Positions 9,576 to 18,965 of a DNA stretch of 64,000 nucleotides are shown piece by piece (the stretch's first letter is position 1; each line of letters starts with the position of its first letter). The notes below the pieces were generated by a model, which was given only the letters and a program-made list of their open reading frames with translations, was not told where the DNA came from and made no database searches. The position numbers and the translations under genes were made by a program. This DNA is from Opitutales bacterium (lineage in GTDB: Bacteria; Verrucomicrobiota; Verrucomicrobiia; Opitutales; PNEW01), in the NCBI GenBank assembly GCA_965197745.1, contig CBDANS010000007.1, positions 288,001-352,000 on the forward strand. Reading direction: 5' to 3'.

Positions 9576-10676
9576 TCAGGTCTTATCTCCTTTATGCAAT
9601 GGAGGTATTGCGCGTTCAAGTTTTATCTGATTGCCGCGCAAGTCGACGTAGAGTTTATCCGCATTGATGTCACCGGTGTTGATCAGAGCGGAACCTATGG
9701 GTTGATTTATTATCGGTGACATTGTGCCAGAGACGACCTCACCAACTTGCTCACCCTCAAAGTAGACGGGCGATCCACGGCGCGCGATGCGCCGATCATT
9801 TAACTTAAAATAGATTAATTGTCTTCGAGAACCGTTAGCTTTTTCTTTTTCAAGAGCACTGCGGCCGATAAAATTATCGGCTTTTGAAAATTTAACGGTC
9901 CAACCGAGACCGGCCTCCAGGGGTGAAATAGTATCACTTATTTCATGACCATAAAGCGACAATCCCGCTTCCAGGCGCAGGCTGTCACGCGCGCCGAGTC
10001 CGCATAACTGGAGTCCGTAACTATTTCCCCTTTTATCTAAGGCGCGGGCAACCCTATCAGCATCCTCCGTTTGGCAATAAATTTCGTATCCGTTTTCTCC
10101 CGTGTACCCGGTACGGCTTATCATTACTTCGGCCCCATCAACTTTATCTTCGACTAAACGAAAACGCTTTAGTCTGCTAAGGTCAAAGGTGGTGAATGTA
10201 TTTAATAATGATTCGGCCTTGGGCCCTTGTAAAGCGAGGAGCGCGTATTGAGATGAGACATCATTTACTTCGCATTGATAATTTTCGGCATGCTTAAGCA
10301 TCCATCTTACATCTTTTTCCGTGTTGTCCGCATTAACACAGAGAAAAAAAACATCATATTTGAAACGGTAGATGATGACATCATCGACGACGCTACCGTT
10401 TTCATTGCATAACATGCTGTAAAGGGCTTTACCGTCTATGAGTGATGTAAGATCATTGGTGGCAATATAATTTAAATATTTTTCGGCGTCGACGCCTGAG
10501 ACCTTTACTTCACCCATATGGCTTACATCGAAAAGACCAAGGGATTGGCGAACGGCTCGGTGTTCTTCGAGAATACTTGTGTACTGCACCGGCATTTCCC
10601 AGCCCGCGAAGGGAACAAAACGTGCCCCATTTTCCTCGTGAAATAAGTGCAGTGGCGATTTTTTCAGTTCAGACAT
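9576..10676 (-). CDS. gcvT: Glycine cleavage system aminomethyltransferase T
   Basis: [37 protein letters not shown]. Confidence 0.97.
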   Translation of the reverse strand: MSELKKSPLHLFHEENGARFVPFAGWEMPVQYTSILEEHRAVRQSLGLFDVSHMGEVKVSGVDAEKYLNYIATNDLTSLIDGKALYSMLCNENGSVVDDVIIYRFKYDVFFLCVNADNTEKDVRWMLKHAENYQCEVNDVSSQYALLALQGPKAESLLNTFTTFDLSRLKRFRLVEDKVDGAEVMISRTGYTGENGYEIYCQTEDADRVARALDKRGNSYGLQLCGLGARDSLRLEAGLSLYGHEISDTISPLEAGLGWTVKFSKADNFIGRSALEKEKANGSRRQLIYFKLNDRRIARRGSPVYFEGEQVGEVVSGTMSPIINQPIGSALINTGDINADKLYVDLRGNQIKLERAIPPLHKGDKT

Positions 10677-11160
10677 CTCTTACTCTGTAAGTTCGGTAAA
10701 TTATTGGAAGGGGTGGCACTTTTAAATGTTTCGGATATTCTGAGGTCAAGGATTAAGACAGTATTGCTGTATGATAAATGACATTAGCCGATGTACTGAA
10801 AGTAATTCTTGAAATGTACAGTTATTAATACATATTAAAAGGATTGAAGATAGCCGAATTGATGAAAGTTAACGGATACCGACATCGTTCTTATGACAGG
10901 ATCGGGTTACGGCAAAATAACTCCGGGAGTCGTGATTGCTCATTAATTTCGCAACTAAGAGGAATTGCTGCTATCGTTTAGTCCCGTTAATACCCCTGGG
11001 GTGATTATAAGCGGCATTTGCCCACTGCTATAATCACTATACCCGATTAATGAATACCGTATGGCCAATTTCACCTTAACATAGCATTACAGGAGATTCT
11101 GAATCGCCGACAACGATGTGGGCGCATTTATGGCGATCACACAGTGCGGCGCAAAAATAT

Positions 11161-12261
11161 ATGACCCCATTGATAGTAGCCATAACCTTTACTCTCGGAG
11201 TTTCCGCGTTCTGTTCTTTAATGGAAGCTTTTATTCTCAGTACTACCACCGCGGAAATTGAAAGCCTCAAGCAAAGTTATCCCAAGCGAGGGCACCTTCT
11301 CGATAAATACAAGAATGACATTGAGGAGACAACATCGGCCATTCTTACCCTCAATACCATTGCCAATACCCTGGGTGCCACCCTCGTCGGCGTCCTCGCT
11401 GGTAAACTATTTGATAAGTTCTGGGTAGGTGTTATTTCCGGGGGACTGGTCCTGGGAATACTCATTTTTTCTGAAGTTATTCCGAAAAATCTGGGGGTAA
11501 TTTACCGGAAGCAATTGCAAAAGAATCTTGTTTACCCCTTGCGTATGGTGAGATGGGTAATGATACCGTTCTCTTTCTTATGTAAGTTTTCGGTGCGTCT
11601 TATTATTCGAAAAAAGCCTACCATGAGTACTACGGAGCAAGAGCGTGAAATTTTACTGCTAGCTGAAAAAAGCGCTAAGGAGGGTTCCCTCTCTCACAAT
11701 GAGAGTAATATGATCCATAATGCCCTTAGCCTTGATGACATCCTGATCAGCGACATTATGACGCCGCGTACCGTGGTAACCGCAATGGATCAGAATCTTA
11801 CAATCGAGAATGTCTTTCGAAACCATAAAAATATACCCTTTGCGCGCATCCCCGTTTACGATGAGACGATCGATAATATTGTAGGCGTTGTTCGCCGCCG
11901 TGATCTTCTTCAGGCGCGTGCGGATGACCGTGATAACGTGACCGTTGCCGAACTGAAAGGGGAGGGCATCTTTGTCCCTGAAACCGCAAACGCGGCTGAC
12001 GCGCTGCAGCTGTTTCTCAAAAATCACCAGCAGCTGGGGGTGGTCGTCGATGAGTTTGGATCAACCGCGGGTGTTGTTGCGATGGAAGACATCGTGGAGC
12101 ATATTCTCGGGCGTGAAATTTATGAAGAATCGGATATCGCGGTTGATATGCGGGCATTGGCACGCAGTAAAGCGCGAAATAATGAGCAAAATACACCCGA
12201 AGACAAAGCACGTCTTCCTCGTAGAACTAATCCGGCGACTATTCGTCGTCCGGCATCTTAA
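11161..12261 (+). CDS. CNNM/CorB-type (DUF21 + CBS pair) membrane protein
   Basis: SAFCSLMEA, SEVIPK, IMTPR, RIPVY, VVDEFG...EDIVE. Confidence 0.92.
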   Translation: MTPLIVAITFTLGVSAFCSLMEAFILSTTTAEIESLKQSYPKRGHLLDKYKNDIEETTSAILTLNTIANTLGATLVGVLAGKLFDKFWVGVISGGLVLGILIFSEVIPKNLGVIYRKQLQKNLVYPLRMVRWVMIPFSFLCKFSVRLIIRKKPTMSTTEQEREILLLAEKSAKEGSLSHNESNMIHNALSLDDILISDIMTPRTVVTAMDQNLTIENVFRNHKNIPFARIPVYDETIDNIVGVVRRRDLLQARADDRDNVTVAELKGEGIFVPETANAADALQLFLKNHQQLGVVVDEFGSTAGVVAMEDIVEHILGREIYEESDIAVDMRALARSKARNNEQNTPEDKARLPRRTNPATIRRPAS

Positions 12262-12285
12262 AAATCATTTTATTTAAAGTATAGG

Positions 12286-13128
12286 GTGCCAGCGACAAAT
12301 CCAGGTGGAGCGCCGGATTACTGGGTGCATGATTTGGACCCTTTCCTATTGCGGTTCAGTGAAAATTTTGGACTGCGCTGGTATGGATTCTCCTACATTC
12401 TGGGATTTGTCGCCGCCTATTTTCTACTGCGGCTATACTATCGTAACAACCGGTCGCCCTGGAATGCCGACCAGTCTCTCAATGCGATATACGCTATAGC
12501 TATCGGTATCATTATCGGAGGTCGGGTCGGCTACGTCTTACTCTATGATTTTCAGAATTTCGTTCATAATCCTTTATCATTATTCAAAGTCTGGGAAGGG
12601 GGTATGGCCAGTCATGGAGGATTTATCGGCCTGGCGCTTGCTCTTATATGGTTGGCGCGTAATACTGAGATCTCATTTCTCAAAGCAAGTGATATAATCG
12701 TTACCCTGGCCCCTCCAGGTCTGTTCTTCGGAAGGATAGCTAATTTTATTAACGGTGAACTCTGGGGTAAAATAACCGATGTATCCTGGGCCGTCAAATT
12801 TCCCGCGAGTGCGCCACCTGGAACGCCGATTGAACTCATCTCCCCACGGCATCCTTCCCAATTATACGAAGCCGCACTCGAAGGTTTGTTCCTTTTAATC
12901 TACACGCAAGTTCGTTTCTGGTGGGGCAAGTCCGACAAAACGCATGACGGTCAAATCTGTGGTGAATTTTTACTTCTTTACGCCATCGTTCGGATCATCG
13001 GTGAACAGTTCCGCGAACCCGATGCCGGCCTCATCCTCGGTCTCAGCCGTGGTGTGTTTTATTCTCTCTTTCTCGCCCTGGCGGGAATTGGATTTATCCT
13101 TGTCGCCCGCAGAAGAACAAGAAGTTAA
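12286..13128 (+). CDS. lgt: Prolipoprotein diacylglyceryl transferase
   Basis: LRWYG, GGRVGY, WEGGMASHGG, GRIANFINGELWG, HPSQLYE. Confidence 0.97.
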   Translation: MPATNPGGAPDYWVHDLDPFLLRFSENFGLRWYGFSYILGFVAAYFLLRLYYRNNRSPWNADQSLNAIYAIAIGIIIGGRVGYVLLYDFQNFVHNPLSLFKVWEGGMASHGGFIGLALALIWLARNTEISFLKASDIIVTLAPPGLFFGRIANFINGELWGKITDVSWAVKFPASAPPGTPIELISPRHPSQLYEAALEGLFLLIYTQVRFWWGKSDKTHDGQICGEFLLLYAIVRIIGEQFREPDAGLILGLSRGVFYSLFLALAGIGFILVARRRTRS

Positions 13129-13157
13129 CCGCAGAAGAACAAGAAGTTAACCGCAGA
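13107..13157 (+). repeat. 22-bp perfect tandem duplication spanning the lgt stop codon
   Basis: CCGCAGAAGAACAAGAAGTTAA at 13107-13128 and 13129-13150, plus a partial third copy CCGCAGA. Confidence 0.95.
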
Positions 13158-13235
13158 GGCACAGAGAGTGAAAAGACAGAATAGCCACAAAAGGCACAAG
13201 AAAGAGATTTTTAAAAAGTAAGAATTACACCCGTT

Positions 13236-13278
13236 GTCATTGAGAGGATCCCGCAAGTGCGGGGACGCGGCAATCCAG
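13236..13278. repeat. REP-like palindromic element (GTCATT...GCAATC type)
   Basis: GTCATTGAGAGGAT-CCCGC-AAGT-GCGGG-GACGCGGCAATCCAG with an internal hairpin; resembles the widespread GTCATTGCGAG...GCAATC intergenic repeat. Confidence 0.6.
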
Positions 13279-13317
13279 GAAGACGGATGACAATTACCGA
13301 TTCAGCTTAAAGATTAT

Positions 13318-13458
13318 TAACCGCGGAAAACACGGATTAATACGGATGTTTAAATATTTACTATAAAATTCGCACAAAACGAATGTGACTCTATACACTA
13401 TGGACCCCGTTTCCATTTTTGAGAAACTTATCCGCGTGATCTGTGTAATCCGCGGTAA
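13318..13458. repeat. Imperfect inverted repeat pair (ACCGCGGA..ACACGGAT type)
   Basis: 13318-13347 TAACCGCGGAAAACACGGATTAATACGGAT versus the reverse complement of 13430-13458, TTACCGCGGATTACACAGATCACGCGGAT. A related pair lies at about 15017-15096. Confidence 0.7.
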
Positions 13459-13463
13459 TCTCT

Positions 13464-14914
13464 TCAGCATCTGCGGCGGAAACGCCAGAAGATTAAGAGA
13501 CAACCCATTCCCATCAGGGCCCAGGTGGAGGGTTCGGGGACAACCGTAAGGGAGAGTGTCCCAAATTCATCGTCATAGAAAGGCTGGAAAAAATTGCCGG
13601 GATTTAATGAGGATCCACCCACATCCACTGTGATGTTGTCGAATGCACCCGACCTCGTTCCGTCCCAGGATATGGCAAGAATATTGTCACCAATCAGGGG
13701 CACGTAATCTTCGAGAAAAACATTAAGCGTGCCGCTTGAAAATGTCAGGTCACCGGATCCGGTATCATCGAGAATGCGTAAAAAATTAGCGCCCGGGCCC
13801 TCACCTGAATCGAAAACAGTGATATCTAAAAAACTACCGGCATTGAAGGTAACACTTCCATCCACTCTTAAATTAAAGCTTTGATCGACAGTGATTTGTC
13901 CTGAGTTCATGATATCGCTTATGATGAGACCTCCTCCTTCTAATTCCCCCAGTGATCCGACCGTGATACTGTCGGCAATTAAAGTGCTTTGATCATATAC
14001 TCCCAAAAATCCCTCTCCAAGGTTACCCACATAAATATCATTTATCATTAAAGTTGATCCACCACTGGCTGAGGCATCATCTACTACAAGCTCGGAAGCG
14101 ACACTACTCGCCTGGTTGCCTATAATTACAGACGCATCGATAGTAGGAGTAGCGGTATTATGGACGTGGAAGGTTCCCTGCCCGGCATCTCCGACAATGA
14201 TCGAACCCTCTCTGATGGCTGGCTTACCTGGGTCCCCATATGAAGCTGGGAACCTGCTCCATCAATGGCAAACTTGCCGTCTGACCCCGAGTTTACGCCC
14301 AGGGTTAAAGTACTCGTATTGATCACTTCAACCAAGCCTCCATCGATTATATCGACAAGCCCGAATTCGTTAATACCGATGTTCAAATCGTTGGCGGTAA
14401 AAATGGAACCGGTATTGTAAACATTAACAATACTCGGACCATCTACGCCGATATCAGCAGTATTTGTGATATTTAAAATGCCCGTTGATGACACACCGTC
14501 TCCAATATCGAGTTGGCTGTAAGTCGAATTGAAGTTACTTGAGGTGTCCAGGCTGCTTGCGTTTACCGTTCCATTCTTAATTAGCAGGGTAGCAGTATCC
14601 TCGTCATTGTGAGCGAGGGACAGGGAATTATTTAAGGTCAATGTATTAGTCGATAAATCAAAAGTGACAAAATCATTTTCAACTTCGAGACTGTGGACCG
14701 TGGGACTGGAACTGAAGGAAACGGTATAGGATGAACCAAGATCAAATTCTCCGACAACACTGGTATTGGGAACACCAAAATTCCAATTGGATCCGTTGCT
14801 GAAATCGCCACCTGAGGTGTTAGTCCAATTAGTATTTGAAACGGATGCTTGCGTTGAAAACCAACCCAAGCATAGAAAAACAGGTAGGAACGCAATTACT
14901 TTCAGCTTCAACAT
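13464..14914 (-). pseudogene. PEP-CTERM surface protein A, frameshifted (+2 nt)
   Basis: ORF 14126-14914 carries the signal peptide and WTNTSGGDFSNGSNW N-terminus; ORF 13464-14048 ends VPEPSTWALMGMGCLLIFWRFRRRC. An extra GA in TCAGAGAGGGT (14208-14213) relative to paralogue B's TCAGAGGGA explains the split. Confidence 0.85.
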
Positions 14915-15178
14915 GAGATCAACAGGTAGGTGTAAATTTCAATTAACACCCTATAAAAGATATGGTTTGAAGACAAGCTTAATCGGGGCTGTCCATTGCT
15001 GATTTTCGATTGTCGATTTAACACAACGGATTTAACAGTGTGTAAACTCAGTTTGGTCAATCTTTTGATCAATGTAATCCGTAAAATCCGTGGTAAATGG
15101 ATAGATAGCCACGGAGACCTGAATAGAGCTTATAACAACAATTACCCTGAAAAGTAATCGTTTCCAGTTTTTTAAATC

Positions 15179-16461
15179 TCAGCTTCTGCGGCGGAAACGC
15201 CAGAAGATTAAGAGACAACCCATTCCCATCAGGGCCCAGGTGGAGGGTTCGGGGACAACCGTAAGGGAGAGTGCCCCAAATTCATCGTCATAGAAAGGTG
15301 AAAAAAAATGTCCGGGTGACAATGAAAGCCCTTCAAAATCTACTGTGATGTCCCCGAAGGTTCCCGTTCTTAATCCTTCCCAGAAGAGGACATCGAAACT
15401 ATCGCCAATTTCAGGTACCACATCGGAGATAAATAGATTGAGCGTTCCACTCGAAAAAGTTAAGTCACCGCTGCCATTAGAATCTATAATATCTAAGTTG
15501 TTAGAGCTGAGTCCCTCATCTTGAAAGATAACAATATTCAAAACACTGCCAGCTTTAAAGTCGACGCTTCCATCAATGGTCAGTCCAAAAAACATACTCA
15601 TTGGGGTGATTTCGCCAAATATGTCAACGTCGCTTCTGATCGTGCTATCACCTTCAATACTACCTAGAGATCCAACCGTGATACTATCAGCGATTAGCAG
15701 GCTACTATCAAATACCCCCAGGAGACCCTCACCCAGGTTACCAACCGTAATATCATTTACCGTTAATGTGGATCCACCGCTGAATGTTTGATCATCCACA
15801 ACAAGCTCGGAAGCGACGCTGCTCGCCTGGTTGCCGATGCATCGATGGTAGGGGTTGCGGTATTGTGCACATGAAAAGTTCCCCGCCCGGCATCTCCGAC
15901 AATGATTGATCCCTCTGAACCTCCACCAACCTGGGTGCCCATCAGCAGTTGAGAGCCTGTGCCGTCAATAGCCAACTTGCCATCTGACCCGGTATTCAAG
16001 CCGAGAGTTACGGTGAGAGGACTGGAAATTTCCACCGTTGCGCCGTTAAAAATATCAACTAAAGCCGTCCCTGAAACCCCGGAATTCAAGTTGCTGGTTT
16101 GGAGGGTGCCATTTATAAGCGTAAGATTCGCAATATCCGAAGCGGTTAAGCCGAGATCTGTGTCATTGGTTACGGTCAGGGTGTTGTCATCGAAAAGATC
16201 AAAAATAACAGAGGTGTCAATGATATCTAAATTGTTCACGGTGTGATCCGACATGATTGACACCACCGGGGTAGAGGTCGGTTCAACATTAAAAACGACA
16301 TTAACGGAACTGGTAGGAACGACAGCATTAGACCAATTACTGCCCGTATCAAAATCACCTCCAGATGCGCTGATCCAAGTCCCATTCGGTAAGGATGCCA
16401 AACCGTTATTCAAGGACAAGCTGAGAAGAACAGAGAGTGCTACTAAGAATTTCAGCTTCAT
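15179..16461 (-). pseudogene. PEP-CTERM surface protein B, frameshifted (-10 nt)
   Basis: ORFs 15763-16461 and 15179-15799. At about 15836-15840, B reads GAT GCATC GGC AAC where paralogue A reads GAT GCG TCT GTA ATT ATA GGC AAC. Ends VPEPSTW...WRFRRRS. Confidence 0.85.
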
Positions 16462-16703
16462 GTATGATCAATTAATATGCCGGAAAATAATTTGCTGTAG
16501 CGATAGTAGCTACAGCAATTACTGTAAAACAATAATAATAACTCTATATTATCTATTGTATAATGACAAGATTAAACGCCATTCAGATACGCTATTAACC
16601 GCTGAATTACTGGACTCAGACAGCATTAAGAGGAGGGGTAAGTGACAGGGGCACGCCCTCTCTTATTTGTCTTTCTTGTGCCTCTTGTAGCTATACTAAT
16701 CTC

Positions 16704-18233
16704 TCAGTTTCTCCTTCGAAGTCGTCAGAGGACGAGGAGGCAGCCCATCCCCATCAGCGCCCAGGTCGAGGGCTCGGGGACAACTACGAGGTCGAGAGAG
16801 TTGGCATTGTAAACAGGGGTAAAAAACAGATTACCATCATCAAAACCAAACTCGTCATCGACGGAACCGAATTGACCGGTCAGCGTCCCGGTCCAGGTGA
16901 GCACCGTAAATATATCACCAAATTGGGGCAATGTTCCACCGAGGAGATCTATTTCCAATGAACCGCTCGAGAAAGACAAGTTACCGGTGACATTTAATAC
17001 ACTCCAGTCAATGGCATCTAAGATGGAAACCTCGTAAGTACTTCCGGATTCAAACACAAGATTGTTCACGACATCGAGTGGCCATGTTGTATCAGGCGCA
17101 ATGGTGCCGAAATTGTGAAAGGTATCAAAATCGGTGTTTATTTTACCTGCTCCTTTAATTTCACCGTAATTTATTAAATCACCAACTACTTGTAATTCCG
17201 ATTGATTACCACCTGCTGTAAACATTTCTATGACTCCATTCGTCCCGACTGTTACCTCATTGCCATAAAGAGTTCCATCGTAATGTATATTAACCTGGTT
17301 AATGGGACCAGAGGGACCGACTGTGCCCACGAAAATATTATCAGCTTCCATATAACCTCCGGCAGAACCGCCACCATAGATATCTACGGTTCCCTCTCCA
17401 CCCAGACCTACTTGCAGATCGCCGGTAACCCATATACTTGAATTGTCATACAACTCAACGATTCCTGTGCTGCCTGTATCAAAGCCGATAACCATGTCAC
17501 CACCGACATCGACATGTGCAGTATCCGGATAGCCGGTTACTACAAGCGACCCATTTCCGTTGCCTCCGATGATGAAACGGCCCTTAATATCAAGATTCGC
17601 ATTACCTGATTCATTGGTGGCATCAAGGCGAATTTCACCGGTGCTGCTGGCGTTAACACCGACAATCGCATCGTTTCCACTTATATCATTGTTAACAGTG
17701 AATACCGCACCTTCTAATACTTCGAGCAAGCCATCACCTGTAGCGTTACGACCGACATTCAAATCTAAGGTGTCGAAAGTAATCGCATCGATGACATTAA
17801 GATGTGCCATTCCGGAAGTTCCGATTTCTGTAAGAAAATCGACGTCCACTATGCCATTCTTTATGGTCAAATTAGCGTCATCACCAATGTCAGGCGCGAG
17901 GACAAAACTTGCCGATGGACCGGTACTGTCAACGGTCAGGGTTTTCGTGTTCAGATTCATGATTAAAAAATCACTGGGCGCATCAGAATCATGAATTTCC
18001 AGTCGGTCCACGGTGTGGTTCGCAGAAAAAGTTGCCGTGGGTGATGTTGACGGGTTACCATCGAAAATAGCATTTCCGGTAGCATCGGGAACGGTTGAAA
18101 AATCCCAATTGGTACCCGTGTTAAAATCACCGCCGGAAGTGTTAGTCCATATACCGATTGGAATAGATGCCGACGCTGATATCCCGCCCAGGCAGAGAAG
18201 AAGAGGGAGTAAATATAAAGTTCTAACATTCAT
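16704..18233 (-). CDS. PEP-CTERM surface protein C with T5SS/PEP-CTERM-type Gly repeats; premature TGA at 16725-16727 removes the basic tail
   Basis: Signal peptide, WTNTSGGDFNTGTNW and VGxxGxG repeats; ends VPEPSTWALMGMGCLLVL-TGA-RLRRRN-TGA, where the paralogues have W at the first TGA. Confidence 0.85.
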
Positions 18234-18508
18234 AGTGATAAAACAGGAGTTGGAAATAAAACAGGTGTAGTTCCCCATTTGGGGAATAAAATAACCATAT
18301 ATTAACTATCGCGCTATGACAAGATTTTACGTGTTCTCGGGTGTATTTTTTTGGCAACTTTTCACCACGTTCTCCCGGTAAAAAAAATTCTATTACATTG
18401 GAATAATTTTTTGACACCTTCCCCATTTTTGTATTACACCTTGCGGAAATCACACCAAAAAATCGCGTCAACAGTTGACAAAGAGGAATTTAAGTAGATT
18501 TATTAGTT

Positions 18509-18844
18509 ATGAATATTGTCGCATATTTAAAACCGCAATGTGGATGGAGCAGGGGAGTCCGCGCTATTTTTGAAAAGTACAGCCTCGAATACGAGGACAA
18601 GGATATTATTAATAATCCGGATATTTACGCCGAGATGGTGGAAAAAACCAGCCAGCCGTTGGCCCCTTGTGTGGAAGTCGACGGTGTCATGCTTGCTGAT
18701 GTCAGTGGGGAAGAAGTGGAAAATTATCTTCTCAGCAATCAGTTGGTAAAACCATCGGACCATAAAACTGGGGTGCCAACCAATTCAGCCTGCTCAGACG
18801 AAGAGCACGCGAGAATGGGCTCCCAGACAATCCGGTTTTTTTAA
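18509..18844 (+). CDS. Monothiol-type glutaredoxin
   Basis: PQCGWS active-site motif and TSQPLAPCVEVDG cis-Pro region. Confidence 0.85.
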   Translation: MNIVAYLKPQCGWSRGVRAIFEKYSLEYEDKDIINNPDIYAEMVEKTSQPLAPCVEVDGVMLADVSGEEVENYLLSNQLVKPSDHKTGVPTNSACSDEEHARMGSQTIRFF

Positions 18845-18883
18845 CAGGCGCTATACGGGGTAACTCCCCACCTTTTTATAAGC

Positions 18884-18907
18884 CGACCGGGAAGACAAGC
18901 CCGGTCG
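18884..18907 (+). terminator. GC-rich hairpin between the glutaredoxin gene and gltB
   Basis: CGACCGGG-AAGACAAG-CCCGGTCG 8-bp stem; only a weak U tract follows. Confidence 0.4.
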
Positions 18908-18965
18908 CTGTTTATACGGAGATAGTAGTAAAGAGGAGTGATTTAATTGAATAGACAGTGGTAAA

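Noticed and set aside
10677..10850. Glycine riboswitch upstream of gcvT
   Set aside because: No GGAGA...CCGAAG...CTCTCAGG aptamer core on the minus strand; only a promoter-like TTGACC-N17-TTTAAA.
13107..13157. CRISPR mini-array at the lgt end
   Set aside because: The copies are directly adjacent with no spacers.
16725..16727. Genetic code reassignment or selenocysteine at the in-frame TGA
   Set aside because: TGA terminates many intact genes here, and the aligned residue is Trp in a membrane anchor, not a redox Cys.
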